64,000 bases of DNA from an uncultured delta proteobacterium. GTDB taxonomy: Bacteria; Myxococcota_A; Polyangia; Fen-1088. The notes beneath the pieces were generated by a model. The model had not been told where the DNA came from, made no database searches, and saw only the letters and a list, made by a program, of their open reading frames with translations. This document shows, piece by piece, positions 1 to 13,724 of this stretch. A program made the translations under genes and the position numbers. The DNA lies in the NCBI GenBank assembly GCA_963796685.1, contig CAWCMR010000015.1, positions 192,001 through 256,000 on the forward strand, written 5' to 3'. How positions within the stretch are numbered: position 1 is the stretch's first letter; each line of letters starts with the position of its first letter.

Positions 1-223
1 CGTCGTCCTGGCCGACGCGAGCGACCTGGAGAATGCCGTCACCCACCGCAAGGTACTTCTGACCGTCCTTGCCCCGGTAGCTGAGCACGCCCGGCTTGAG
101 CACCGACATGAAGGGGATGTGGCCGGGCAGCACGCCGAACTCGCCGAGCACGCCCGGCGCCACGATCTCCTCGACCTCGGTCTGAACCAGGTAGCCGCGC
201 GGGGTGGTGATCGTCAGGTGCAT
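1..223 (-). CDS. atpC: F1 ATP synthase epsilon subunit (partial, runs off window)
   Basis: Manual translation MHLTITTPRGYLVQTEVEEIVAPGVLGEFGVLPGHIPF has the epsilon G-x-L-P-x-H motif; lies directly downstream of atpD. Confidence 0.93.
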   Translation of the reverse strand, partial: MHLTITTPRGYLVQTEVEEIVAPGVLGEFGVLPGHIPFMSVLKPGVLSYRGKDGQKYLAVGDGILQVARVGQDD

Positions 224-230
224 GGAAATC

Positions 231-2584
<2,354 letters not shown>

Positions 2585-2605
2585 GAAAGTCCCGGTTGCT
2601 CCGCT

Positions 2606-4132
<1,527 letters not shown>

Positions 4133-4180
4133 CTTGGTTCCTTCAGACTTGAGAGAGCTCTTGCTGCTATCGGAGTGGGT

Positions 4181-4726
4181 CTAGTTGAGAAGTCGATTCT
4201 TGAGCGCGGCCAGTCGCGAGGCCACGCTGCCGTCGAGGACCATGCCGGCCACGTGGGTGACCACGCCGCCGATGAGGCTGGGATCCACGACCGTGGTCAT
4301 GAGCACCTTCTTGCCGGTGCGGCGCTCGAGGGCCTTGCGGATTTCGGTCTCGCTGGCGAGGTCGAGGGGCTTGGCCGACAGCACGCGTGCGCGAACACGA
4401 CCCAGCTTGTCGTCGCACATCTCCTCGTAGGCACGCGCGATGGCGGGCAGGGTGGCGATGCGGCCGCGTTCGAGAAGCAGGAGCGCCAGGCTCTGCACCG
4501 GCCGGGCGGGCGCCACGCGGGGCATGAGGCCTTGCAGGACCGCGCGTTTCTGCGACAGCTTGAACACCGGATTCTCCAGGGTCTGGCGCAGGGCCGCCGA
4601 TTCCTTCCACAGGCCGGCGAGCCCGTTCAGCTCTCGCCCGAGGAGCTCGAAGTTTCCCTTCTCCTCGCCGATGGCGAAGATCGCCTTGGCGTAGCGGCGC
4701 GCGACCGAACCACCCATGGCCGCCAT
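4181..4726 (-). CDS. atpH: F1 ATP synthase delta subunit
   Basis: ARRYAKAIF N-terminus, DPSLIGG...DGSV C-terminus, operon position. Confidence 0.96.
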   Translation of the reverse strand: MAAMGGSVARRYAKAIFAIGEEKGNFELLGRELNGLAGLWKESAALRQTLENPVFKLSQKRAVLQGLMPRVAPARPVQSLALLLLERGRIATLPAIARAYEEMCDDKLGRVRARVLSAKPLDLASETEIRKALERRTGKKVLMTTVVDPSLIGGVVTHVAGMVLDGSVASRLAALKNRLLN

Positions 4727-5742
4727 CAGCGCACCGTCCCTTCGGGGCGGACGGACTCGTCGAATCCAGCCACGAATTCCCGTGCCAGCCTACGCTCGTC
4801 GTCCGCGTTCACCGACTTGCGCACCAATTCCTCGGCCAACTTGATCGAGGCGCTGGCCACCTCGGCGCGCAGGATCGATTCCGCTTCCTTGACCTGCCGA
4901 TCGAGTTGAAGGCGCATGTCCTCTTGAATACGCATGGCGCGCTCTTGCGCGCCCTCGAGCAAACGGGCCTGCTCGCGCTCGGCGTCTTGCCGGAGGGACG
5001 CGCGCAGAGCCGCGATCTCCTTCTCCAGATCGGCCAGGCGCTTCTCTTGCGCTTGGAACTTGCGAACCGCGTCGTCGCGCAGGCGAGTGGCCTCGTCGAT
5101 GTCGCCCTTGAGCTGCTCGTGGCGGGCGCGCAACGACTTGTTCAGCGCGCGTCCGCCGAACCGAATCAGCAGATAGAGCAAGACGCCCAAATTGAGCAGT
5201 TGGAGCACCAAGGTCTTGATGTTGAATCCGGCGTGCTCGGCGTGTTCCTCGCCGTGCTCGGCGGCCTCGGCGTGGCCTTCGCCAGGTCCCTCGTGCCCGG
5301 CGGTGTGCGCGGCTGCCTCGTGGGCGGCGCTGGGCTCGCCAGCCGGAGTCTTTGCCGCCCCCTCATGTTGCAGCTCGCCTTGCTGCTTGACCGCCGCGAT
5401 GGCCGGCATGGCATCGATGGTGGCCTGGGCCGGCATGGCATCGATGGGGGCCGTCGGTTCGGCCGGGGGAGGGGTCGGCGCAGCCGCTTCGGGCGGTGGC
5501 GGGGCGACCTCATGGCCAGCGGACGCCTCGCGACGGGCAGCCGCCGCCGCGCGTTTGGCGGACAGCATGCGCGCCCGGCGGCTCCTGCGCGAGCTCCGCA
5601 CGGCCGGGTCGCTGGCGTCACCCGTCTTTTGCGCGGGCTCGGCTTGGTCCGCCGGCGCAGCGGCCGGCTCTTCATCTTGCGCCAAGGCCACGGTCGTGCC
5701 GAGGAGCACGGTCAGGGCGAGGCCGCCTAGCAGCGCTCTCAT
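4726..5742 (-). CDS. atpF: F0 subunit b with signal peptide and long Ala/Pro/His-rich N-terminal extension
   Basis: ATG at 5742 overlaps the upstream TGA (ATGA); TM segment QLLNLGVLLYLL followed by coiled coil; precedes atpH. Confidence 0.88.
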   Translation of the reverse strand: MRALLGGLALTVLLGTTVALAQDEEPAAAPADQAEPAQKTGDASDPAVRSSRRSRRARMLSAKRAAAAARREASAGHEVAPPPPEAAAPTPPPAEPTAPIDAMPAQATIDAMPAIAAVKQQGELQHEGAAKTPAGEPSAAHEAAAHTAGHEGPGEGHAEAAEHGEEHAEHAGFNIKTLVLQLLNLGVLLYLLIRFGGRALNKSLRARHEQLKGDIDEATRLRDDAVRKFQAQEKRLADLEKEIAALRASLRQDAEREQARLLEGAQERAMRIQEDMRLQLDRQVKEAESILRAEVASASIKLAEELVRKSVNADDERRLAREFVAGFDESVRPEGTVR

Positions 5743-6245
5743 GACGGCAACCCCCGGCCGAGCGCCTTCTCGGCGATCTGACGCCCCAGCAGGTTGGTGT
5801 GCGTCTGGAGGTTCGCCTTTTCCGTCACCAGGGCGGCTTGCAGCTTCTCGCGCGCCTCGACCAGCATCGTGCGGGCGGCTTCCTGAGCCTCGGCAACCAT
5901 CTTTTGTTCGCGCGCCTGGGCCTCGAGGCGCAGCTTGTCGGTCTCGGCGTTGCCACTGCGACGTGCGTCGGCCAGGGCGCTCTCGATGCGCGCGAGGCGC
6001 GTTGCCGCATCGGCGTCGAGCCGCATCGCCTTCGCACGCGCGCCCTCGACGCGCGTCACGCGCTCGTCGCGCACGCGCAAGTAAGGCTTCCACAGAAACA
6101 GCCACAGGGTGAAGAGCAGCACGAGGAAAATGCCCAGCATCACGAACACCGTGCCGTCGATGTCCAGGAGCTGCGGTTGCGCGGATCGCGGAGCCGCCTC
6201 GAGCATTGTCGTGGTCGCTTGCAAGAGAGTCAGTGATGCATGCAC
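5739..6245 (-). CDS. F0 subunit b' (second b-type subunit)
   Basis: DIDGTVFVMLGIF TM helix, KPYLRVRDER, coiled coil; first of two tandem b genes; start uncertain. Confidence 0.88.
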   Translation of the reverse strand: MHASLTLLQATTTMLEAAPRSAQPQLLDIDGTVFVMLGIFLVLLFTLWLFLWKPYLRVRDERVTRVEGARAKAMRLDADAATRLARIESALADARRSGNAETDKLRLEAQAREQKMVAEAQEAARTMLVEAREKLQAALVTEKANLQTHTNLLGRQIAEKALGRGLPS

Positions 6246-6266
6246 GGGGAAGGGTCCGAGTCGGGG

Positions 6267-6764
6267 CTAGGTGGTGCTGGAGTTGCTGCCGGAATTGCTG
6301 CCGGAGCTGCCGGAGCTGCCGCTCGCATTGGCCGAGCTGCTCGCCGACTTCTTGCCACCGGAATGGCGAGAAATGGGTGGAGAATCGGTCGCGACGCCGC
6401 TCGCGTCCATCTGGCAGTGACCGTCGAAGAACACGCCCTTCTCGATGAACAGGGAGGGCGTGTTGATGTTGCCCTTGACCCGGCCCGGGCTGTGGATTTC
6501 CACCGAGCGCTTGGCCGTGATGTTGCCACGCACGGTTCCCTGGATGACGATGGCGCCCACCGTGACCTCGGCGTTGACCTCGGCGCCTTCACCCACCACG
6601 AGCACGTCGTCGGTGAAGATCTCGCCGGTCAGCTTGCCATCCACGCGAACGGTGCCTTCGAACGACAGCTTTCCTTCGAACTCGCTGCCCTTGCCGAGTA
6701 ACGTGGTCACCGGCTGGGCGCTGCCAGGTTCGCTGGACGTGGGGGATAGCGTGGTCAACGTCAT
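6267..6764 (-). CDS. Bactofilin (polymer-forming cytoskeletal protein)
   Basis: LGKGSEFEGKLSFEGTVRVDGKLTGEI...GVFFDGHCQM beta-helix repeats; Ser/Gly-rich tail. Confidence 0.93.
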   Translation of the reverse strand: MTLTTLSPTSSEPGSAQPVTTLLGKGSEFEGKLSFEGTVRVDGKLTGEIFTDDVLVVGEGAEVNAEVTVGAIVIQGTVRGNITAKRSVEIHSPGRVKGNINTPSLFIEKGVFFDGHCQMDASGVATDSPPISRHSGGKKSASSSANASGSSGSSGSNSGSNSSTT

Positions 6765-6779
6765 GGCTTTTGGGGGCAA

Positions 6780-6809
6780 ACCCTACACTTCAATGCATCC
6801 GGCCGTCAA
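6780..6809 (-). promoter_or_regulatory. Possible sigma70 promoter for the bactofilin-atp operon
   Basis: TTGACG-N18-TAGGGT on the minus strand. Confidence 0.35.
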
Positions 6810-6832
6810 CGAAGGAAGCGAGCTTTCCGATG

Positions 6833-6880
6833 ATCGATTTCGTCATCGATTTCGACGTGGATTTCGCTCGGTATTTCGTC
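6833..6880. repeat. Four tandem imperfect 12-bp direct repeats (core ATTTCG)
   Basis: atcgatttcgtc/atcgatttcgac/gtggatttcgct/cggtatttcgtc. Confidence 0.75.
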
Positions 6881-8567
6881 AGTATCCCGCCGGCTCTCCG
6901 CCCGAGCGTGGATCGGCGGCGGCGTCGAGCCCCGAGCGCGAACGGACGATCGCGTTGGCCTTGCCGATGTCCGGGCGCTGCTGGATGCGATGTCCCTTGT
7001 CTCCCAGGGCTCCCAGCGTTTCGGCCGGCAGCCCCGGCTCGTAGTAGAGAATGTCCGGCTCCCACTGATCGTGGATGCGAGGCGTTGCCACCGCTTGTCG
7101 CGCGTCGAGGCCGAAGAAGAGCACGTCGAGCAGGATCTGCAAGGTGGCCGAGACGATGCGCGGCCCACCCGCCGCGCCGGTCACGAGCGCGACGCCGCCG
7201 TCGTCGAGCACGATGGTGGGAGACATGGACGAGACCGGCCGTTTGCCTGGTTCCGGCCGGTTGGCCAGGCTTCCGGTCAGCGCGAACGCATCGGGCCGTC
7301 GATCGGTGGTGAAATCGTCCATCTCATCGTTCAGCACCATGCCGCCCGCGACGACGCGCGCGCCGAAATCGAGATTGATGGTGGAGGTCAGCGCAACCGC
7401 GTTGCCGGCTTGGTCGATCACCGACACGTGCGCGGTCCCGCCATCGCGCGCGGGCTGCGCTGGGCGAAGGGTCTGGGTGCCGTAGGCGTCGTGGGCCAGG
7501 ACGCGATCGGGCCGGATGCGCTCGGCCAGCTCGCGGCGATAGCTTGGGTCGAGCAGGTGGGCGAGGGGCACGGGCGAAAACGCCGGATCGCCGAGGAAAC
7601 GAGCCCGGTCGGCGAAGCCGTGCTTGAGCGCCTCGGCGACATCGTGCAGGTAGTCGGCCGCGTTCGGACCGGCCTCGCGCTTCCAGGCCGACATGCGATG
7701 GGCGAGAATCCCGAGCGCCTCGACGAGGATGGTTCCGCCCGCCGAGGGCGGCGGCATGGTCAGCACGCGGTGCCCGAGAAAATCGATGGCGAGCGGCTGG
7801 CGTTCGACCGGGACGTAACCCGCGAGATCGGCGAGCGTGAGCACCCCTCCCGCGGCTGCCACGGCGTCGACCATGGCGGAAGCGGTCCGGCCGCGATAGA
7901 GGCTGTCGGGCCCTCTTCGGCGCAGCTTCTCGAGGGTCGAGGCGAGCTTCGGCCGCGCGAGGCGACCGCCTGCCCGCAGTCGCACGGCGCTTCGCCGATC
8001 GATGGAAAAGAGCTTGGCGATGAGGTCGGCAGCGGACGCGGGGTGGCGCTCGAGCTCGTCGCGAATCTGTTGGATCAGCCACGCCGAGGCGGCAAAGCCT
8101 CGTGACAGGCGGAGGGCAGGGGTCACGCAGCGCGAGAAGGGAAGGGCTCCGAAGCGTCGCACCAATTCGGCCAACCCGCGGGCTTCGCCTGGGACTCCGA
8201 CCGACAACCCGCTTTGCGGCGTGAGCTCGACGCCGCTCTCGAGACGGGCCGAGAGCGCAGCGGGCGCTGTTTCGCGAAAATCGAGGGCCACGACCTTGCG
8301 GGTCTTGGCCAGATAGACGATCGCGAAACCGCCACCCCCCAACCCCGAGGCGAAAGGATCCACTACGCCCAGCGCCAAGGCGGTTGCGCAGGCCGCATCG
8401 ACGGCATTGCCCCCGGCCCTGAGCACTTCCACGCCCGCGGCTGACGCGGCCAGCGAATCCGAAGCGACAGCGGCGTGTCTTGCGTGTAAGAATGAGCCCG
8501 ACGCGCTCGATACATTGCCGGCGCCGGCCAAGGAAGGCGTCGGAAGCACGCACAGAAGGGCCAGCAC
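6879..8567 (-). CDS. ggt: Gamma-glutamyltransferase
   Basis: GGNAVDAA, DFRETAP, GG-TAHVS nucleophile Thr, NDEMDDF, RPVSSMSP, GAAGG; start uncertain (GTG 8567 chosen). Confidence 0.93.
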   Translation of the reverse strand: MLALLCVLPTPSLAGAGNVSSASGSFLHARHAAVASDSLAASAAGVEVLRAGGNAVDAACATALALGVVDPFASGLGGGGFAIVYLAKTRKVVALDFRETAPAALSARLESGVELTPQSGLSVGVPGEARGLAELVRRFGALPFSRCVTPALRLSRGFAASAWLIQQIRDELERHPASAADLIAKLFSIDRRSAVRLRAGGRLARPKLASTLEKLRRRGPDSLYRGRTASAMVDAVAAAGGVLTLADLAGYVPVERQPLAIDFLGHRVLTMPPPSAGGTILVEALGILAHRMSAWKREAGPNAADYLHDVAEALKHGFADRARFLGDPAFSPVPLAHLLDPSYRRELAERIRPDRVLAHDAYGTQTLRPAQPARDGGTAHVSVIDQAGNAVALTSTINLDFGARVVAGGMVLNDEMDDFTTDRRPDAFALTGSLANRPEPGKRPVSSMSPTIVLDDGGVALVTGAAGGPRIVSATLQILLDVLFFGLDARQAVATPRIHDQWEPDILYYEPGLPAETLGALGDKGHRIQQRPDIGKANAIVRSRSGLDAAADPRSGGEPAGY

Positions 8568-8683
8568 TGTGCGTAAAGTTCGACCTCGGCCCCGTAAGCT
8601 GGCACACTCGCGCCGAATCAGTATTTGAAGGAAAATCACTCCGAGCGTAACCTCAAGCAGCCTAGGCCCAAGGGAAAACCGAC

Positions 8684-10817
8684 ATGGACCAGCCGTCAAG
8701 CACGGAAAGCAACGCGATCACACTTCGCATCAAGTTCAAGAGCGCGTCGCTGGACGAATTCATCAGCCGCTACGGGGTCGATGTGAGCCCGGGCGGGATC
8801 TTCATCCGCACCAAACAACCGGTCGAGGTGGGCACCAGCCTGCAATTCGACTTCACGTTGGCGGACGGCTCTGCCCTGCTGTCCGGGCTCGGAACGGTGG
8901 CCTGGGTGCGCGAGAGCGACCCGGCCCGTGCCAACAACGTTCCCGGCATGGGGTTGCGCTTCGACAAGCTGGTCCCCGAAAGCCAGCACACGCACCAGAT
9001 GATCCTGGCCGAGAAGGCGCGCCTGGAGGGCAAGTCCCTGAGCACGCCCTATCCCCCGACCTCCTTCGTCTCGCCCGCGGCCAAGCCGTCGCCCGCGCCC
9101 GAGGATCTTCGCGTCGCCACCGAGATCGCGGAGAAGATGGGGCACGGGCCGGCCAACATGGCGGTCACCCGCCCTGCGGCCACCGCGGCTACCAAGACCG
9201 CGCCGGACGTGGCCTCGCCGTCCGCCATTCCCGCGGACGAGAGCTCGGACGACACCAACGAATTCGAGTCGGCGGGCAAGACCGAGAATCAGCGACAAGC
9301 CGCTCGACTTCTACCTGAAGGAGGCCGCTCGCGAAGCGGAGGCTGCCCATATCGCCGCTGGAAAAGCCTCCGAAGAGGGCGTGCCGACCTCGCTCATCCA
9401 GGACTTCGACACCGGCGCGGAAGAGCTGCCCTCGACGAAGAGCGGGCCGCCTCCGGCCGGCTTCGACGCCGAGGATTCGTCGCCCAACACCGACGGTGGG
9501 GCGAACGCGCCGGCCAAGCCGCTGTCCGGGGAGCGCAAGAGTGGAGGCAAAGACGTGTTCGCCTCGCTGCTCGACCTCGGTGACGAGCCAGCTCCTTCTG
9601 GCGGCGACGTCGCAGCGCCTTCCGAGGTGCTCGAAGAGATCTCTGCCGGCGCCCCCATCGAGGAGACCACCTCGGAGAAGACCGAGGAGGTGTCCATCTC
9701 TCCGGTTGCGCCGCCATTCTCGGTTGCGCCGCCACCCTCGGTTGCTGCGCCCGAACCGGTCGATCTGGGCAGCTCTCCTCTCGTGGGCGATCGCCCTCCG
9801 AGCCGCGACGATATGCCCGCGCAGAAGCACAAGGGCGGATCCGGCAAATGGATTGCCGGTATCGCCGTGTTAGCGGCGGCGGTGGCGTTCGGCGCCGTGT
9901 ACCTGGCCAAGACCAAGCCGTGGCAAGAGGCTCAGCCCGAGTCGGTGCCGGTTGCGGCGGTGACGCCCGCTGCAAAGGCCACGCCTCCGGCACCCGAGCC
10001 GGCCAAGCCGGCCGCCGCGGCAGGGGCGGTTGAAAAGAAGCCGGCCGCCGAGGAGACCAAGCACACGGCCGGCGAGAAGGCCGCGTCCGAAAAGCCAGCA
10101 AGCGAGAAATCGGCGGAGGAGAAGGCGGCCGCAGAGAAGACGCCGCCGGAAAAGGCAGAAAAGGCGGAAAAGACGGCCGAGGCCAAGGCGGAACCCGAGT
10201 CCTCTTCTTCCAAGTCGTCGGGGAAGTCCGGCGGCAAGGCAGGCGGAAAAGGCGGCGAGGAGAAGGCCGGCACCAATGAAGAAGCGTACCGCCTGGTCTT
10301 GCGCTCGGTTCCCACCGGAGCCGAGGTCCTCATCGACGGCGAGTACTTCGCTCGAACGCCTTGCGAGCGCCGCATCCTGGATCCCAAGAAGTCGTTTGCC
10401 ATCACCATTCGGCGCGAGGGCTACGAGCCACACGAGCGTTTGCTGGGGCCGTCGGACAACTGGGTGAAGAAGGGCAACGAGCGCGTCCTGAATGTCACCG
10501 TCAATTTGAAGAGGGTCAAGGCGCACCCGGCAGTCGCGGCACCAAGCCCCGCTCCAGCCGTCCCCGAGGCCACGGCGACCAGGGCGCCCGAGGCCAAGTC
10601 ATCCCCGACCCCCGCCGAGGCGGCCAAGCCCGAGCCTGCCAAGCCCGAAGCCGCCAAGCCGGCGGCTCCGGCCGAAACCAAGGCGCCCTCGCCCAAGCCA
10701 GAGGCCGCCAAACCCGAAGCCGCCAAGCCGGCTGCTCCTGCCCCTGCTCCCGCGGCCAAGCCTGCGGTGTCCAAGCCCGTGCCGAATTTCGACGAGCAGG
10801 GCAAGGCGAAAGAGTAG
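8684..10817 (+). CDS. TIGR02266-like (PilZ-related) N-terminal domain, TM helix and PEGA domain protein; one frameshift
   Basis: DVSPGGIFIRT...GMGLRF N-terminus; removing one A at 9287-9288 gives TEISDKPLDFYLKE in frame with ORF 9381-10817 (TM, SVPTGAEVLIDG PEGA). Confidence 0.8.
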
Positions 10818-10824
10818 GCCCCCT

Positions 10825-12096
10825 ATGTACCCGCGACGTCGCGTGGAGTCCGGCCTGGGCACCACCGGCGTCATGCTGCTCGTCATCGCCGTGACCGCCA
10901 GCGGCTGCGCCGAGAGTTGTGGCTGCAAGCGCTCGGCCGCCGACGGCAAGCACGCGCACGGGGTGAAAGCCGAGGGCGCCAAGCAGGTCAAGGGCAAGCG
11001 CCTGCCTCGCATCGACGTGCACACGCACATCAGCCCGGAGGGGCTCGAGCACGCGCTGGCCATCATGGATAGGTGGGGCATCGACGGCATGGTCAACCTC
11101 TCGGGCGGGGTGCCCGGACCGCCCCGCCACATGCTGGAGACCCAGTTGCAAGTCGCGCGCGCCTCGGGCGGGCGCATCGCCGTGTTCACCAACGTCAATT
11201 TCATCAAGGCCGTGCGCACGCGGCCCGACTACGGCAACGCCCTGGCCGAAGAGCTGAGCGTGGCGAAGGAGATGGGCGCCATCGGGCTGAAGATCCCCAA
11301 GGGCCTGGGGCTGGGCTATCCCGCGCCCGACGGCGAGCACCTGCTTGCCGTCGACGATCCCAAGTTGGATCCGCTGTTCGACGAGGCCGGCAAGCTGGGC
11401 ATGCCGGTGCTCATCCACACCGGCGACCCCAAGGCCTTCTGGCAGCCGGCCGACGAGAAGAACGAGCGCCTGGAAGAATTGGGCGCCCATCCCGAGTGGT
11501 CGTTCTACGGCGAGCCGGTTCCCTCGTGGCAGGAGCTGTACGATCAGTTCGAGCGTCGCGTGGCACGCCACCCCAAGACCATCTTCATCGGCGCGCACTT
11601 CGGCAACGACCCCGAGGATCCGGACAACGTCGCCCGCATGCTCGACAAGTACCCCAACCTGTACATCGACACGGCGGCGCGCGTGCCCGAGATCGGCCGG
11701 CAAGACCCGGCCAAGATGCGGCGGTTCTTCGAGAAATACCAAGACCGCATCCTGTTCGGGACGGATCTCGGCGTGGGGCCGACGCAGGACGATATGATGT
11801 ACGGCTCGAACGGGCCCTTGCCCCCGACCCTCGACGACGAGCGCCGCTTCTTCGAATCGACCTGGCGCTACTTCGAGACCGACGACAAGCAATTCGAATC
11901 GCCGACCCCCATCCAGGGCCGCTGGAAAATCGACGGCCTCGGCCTGCCCGAACAGGTCTTGCGCAAGCTCTACTTCGAGAACGCCGCCCGCCTGCTCAAG
12001 TGGAAACCGCCCATCGGCCAGCCCAGCCCCGCGCCGCAGCCCGCGCCCCAGGCCGCGCCCCAGCCCCCATCGCCAAGCAGCGCGCCAACAAAGTGA
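10825..12096 (+). CDS. Amidohydrolase_2 family metal-dependent hydrolase, probable lipoprotein
   Basis: IDVHTH, GLKI, PVLIH, GAHFG, ILFGTD motifs; TASGC lipobox-like. Confidence 0.88.
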   Translation: MYPRRRVESGLGTTGVMLLVIAVTASGCAESCGCKRSAADGKHAHGVKAEGAKQVKGKRLPRIDVHTHISPEGLEHALAIMDRWGIDGMVNLSGGVPGPPRHMLETQLQVARASGGRIAVFTNVNFIKAVRTRPDYGNALAEELSVAKEMGAIGLKIPKGLGLGYPAPDGEHLLAVDDPKLDPLFDEAGKLGMPVLIHTGDPKAFWQPADEKNERLEELGAHPEWSFYGEPVPSWQELYDQFERRVARHPKTIFIGAHFGNDPEDPDNVARMLDKYPNLYIDTAARVPEIGRQDPAKMRRFFEKYQDRILFGTDLGVGPTQDDMMYGSNGPLPPTLDDERRFFESTWRYFETDDKQFESPTPIQGRWKIDGLGLPEQVLRKLYFENAARLLKWKPPIGQPSPAPQPAPQAAPQPPSPSSAPTK

Positions 12097-12115
12097 CGAA
12101 ATGATGCGGTAGAGC

Positions 12116-12143
12116 TTGACGCCAAGGCCGCTCTGAACATAAT
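12116..12143 (+). promoter_or_regulatory. sigma70 promoter of tRNA-Asn
   Basis: TTGACG-N16-CATAAT ending 14 nt before the tRNA. Confidence 0.65.
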
Positions 12144-12157
12144 CATCGCCTTCGCAT

Positions 12158-12233
12158 TCCGGAGTAGCTCAGTCGGCAGAGCAGACGGCTGTTAACCGTC
12201 GGGTCGGGAGTTCGAATCTCTCCTCCGGAGCCA
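12158..12233 (+). tRNA. tRNA-Asn (GTT)
   Basis: 76 nt; acceptor TCCGGAG/CTCCGGA, anticodon arm GACGG-CTGTTAA-CCGTC, GTTCGAATC T-loop, encoded CCA. Confidence 0.98.
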
Positions 12234-12251
12234 CCCTGCGTCCCCCACCAA

Positions 12252-12338
12252 CTTGGGTGGGGTAGGGTGGTTTAACAGGGGGCGGCGGGGCGGGGAGAGC
12301 GGACGTCGCGCTGATGGGCCTGTTTCTGCGGGGTCTTG
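12252..12338 (+). mobile_element. Degenerate 5' end of an IS-like (integrase-core) element, copy 1
   Basis: Aligns by eye with 34346-34437 (cttgggtggggtaggg...tttaacaggg...gatgg.cctg...gggtcttg). Confidence 0.55.
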
Positions 12339-12611
12339 GGCGTGTCCGGTTGTTCGTCGGTGACTGCCACGCGCCTTTTCGCAGAGATCACTGGTCGGCG
12401 CGCGGGAGCAGAATTCTCACCGCCCAAAGTGCTCTCCCGAGGCCTTTCTGGGGAGAGAGCGTCAGAGAGCGGTTAACGGATAGAGAGCTGCGGTTAACAC
12501 CTCCCCGTGTCATGGCCTCCTGCCGCCATGAAAACGAGCGCCTTCCCGACACCGCGGCTGAACGGCTTCCTTCAACAGCGAGCCGTTTTCGGGGCGATGG
12601 GGCGACTGTCA

Positions 12612-13001
12612 CTACTTGTTCGACCGTCCTCCGGCGCCCGCGCTCCAGTAGTGGTGCACTGTCTTCAGCTCCTCGACCCAGCATCGCATGATGTCTGATG
12701 TGTCACGCCCGAGATCCCTAGCGAGGTCGAAGAAGCCGGGGCCGGGCTGCATGTCGCCATGCTTGTGGACCACTATAACCGTCAACATGCCCCTCCCTAC
12801 CGAATCCTCCTGCGCGGAAATCTCCCCAAGCATCGCTGCCAGCGCGGAAGAATCTGGCTCCAACCTGATAGCCTTAACTTTGCTGACCAGATCTGAATAC
12901 GGAATCATTCCTCGAAGCTTCGCGCGGCTGACTAGGATGGCGCGCATCTCCTTCTTCGCCGCTGTCCAAGCTGCCACGTCAAAACCGTATCGTTTCGCCA
13001 T
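12612..13001 (-). CDS. Conserved hypothetical 129-aa protein, last gene of the RM operon (possible winged-helix-like domain)
   Basis: Starts 19 nt after the M48 gene; IPYSDL...LGEIS...GRGMLTVIVV...PGPGFF pattern. Confidence 0.7.
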   Translation of the reverse strand: MAKRYGFDVAAWTAAKKEMRAILVSRAKLRGMIPYSDLVSKVKAIRLEPDSSALAAMLGEISAQEDSVGRGMLTVIVVHKHGDMQPGPGFFDLARDLGRDTSDIMRCWVEELKTVHHYWSAGAGGRSNK

Positions 13002-13019
13002 GTTTTCCCGTTGCTGTGG

Positions 13020-13724
13020 TCAGATGTCCAACCCCGCGCCGTTCTTGCGGAGCCAATCTTTCCGCTCACGGTAGTCCGGCAACACCTTGTCGACTTCGTT
13101 CCAGAACGCGTCTGTGTGGTCCCGGTGATGGAAGTGGCAAAGCTCGTGGACCACGATGTAGTCGATGATGGTCTGCGGGGCCATCATGCACTTCCAGTGA
13201 AAAGCGAGCGCCCCCGTCGGCGAACAGGACGCCCAGCGATTGCCCAACTCGCGAACGTCAACCGACGTGGCCCCCACCCCGACCTTCGGGGCGTAGTAGT
13301 CCACGCGCTGGCGAACCCGTTCGAGGCCGCGGGCGATGTAGAAGTCGCGGAAGCCTGTCCTCGCCGCCACCATCTCGCCTTGCTCGACGAGGTCCCGACG
13401 AAGCGCAAACCGGCCATCGCGCAGCTTCAGAGGCTCCACCTGGTCGCTGACGAGGAGCAGGCGATAGGCGCGCCCGAGATACAGGAAGCCCTCGCCGTTC
13501 TTGTACTCACGCAGGACGCGGGTTGCGTTCAGGTCGCGCCACTCGGCCAGGCTTTGGTAGATCCAATACTCTTTGGCCGTGACGATGTTGTCGATCTGCT
13601 CGTCGTCGGCCCACTCGGGCGCCCGAACAACAACGCTGCCGTCGCGCTCGATGATGATGTCCGCCGTCGACCGTTGGCTGCGGACGACCTCGTAGGCAAC
13701 GCCGTTGGTCTGTGCGTCCCTCAT
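13020..13724 (-). CDS. YgjP/DUF45 (M48/SprT-like) zinc metalloprotein
   Basis: RWASCS, IDYIVVHELCH (HExxH), H-x-x-x-FW; the usual neighbour of hsdR. Confidence 0.92.
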   Translation of the reverse strand: MRDAQTNGVAYEVVRSQRSTADIIIERDGSVVVRAPEWADDEQIDNIVTAKEYWIYQSLAEWRDLNATRVLREYKNGEGFLYLGRAYRLLLVSDQVEPLKLRDGRFALRRDLVEQGEMVAARTGFRDFYIARGLERVRQRVDYYAPKVGVGATSVDVRELGNRWASCSPTGALAFHWKCMMAPQTIIDYIVVHELCHFHHRDHTDAFWNEVDKVLPDYRERKDWLRKNGAGLDI

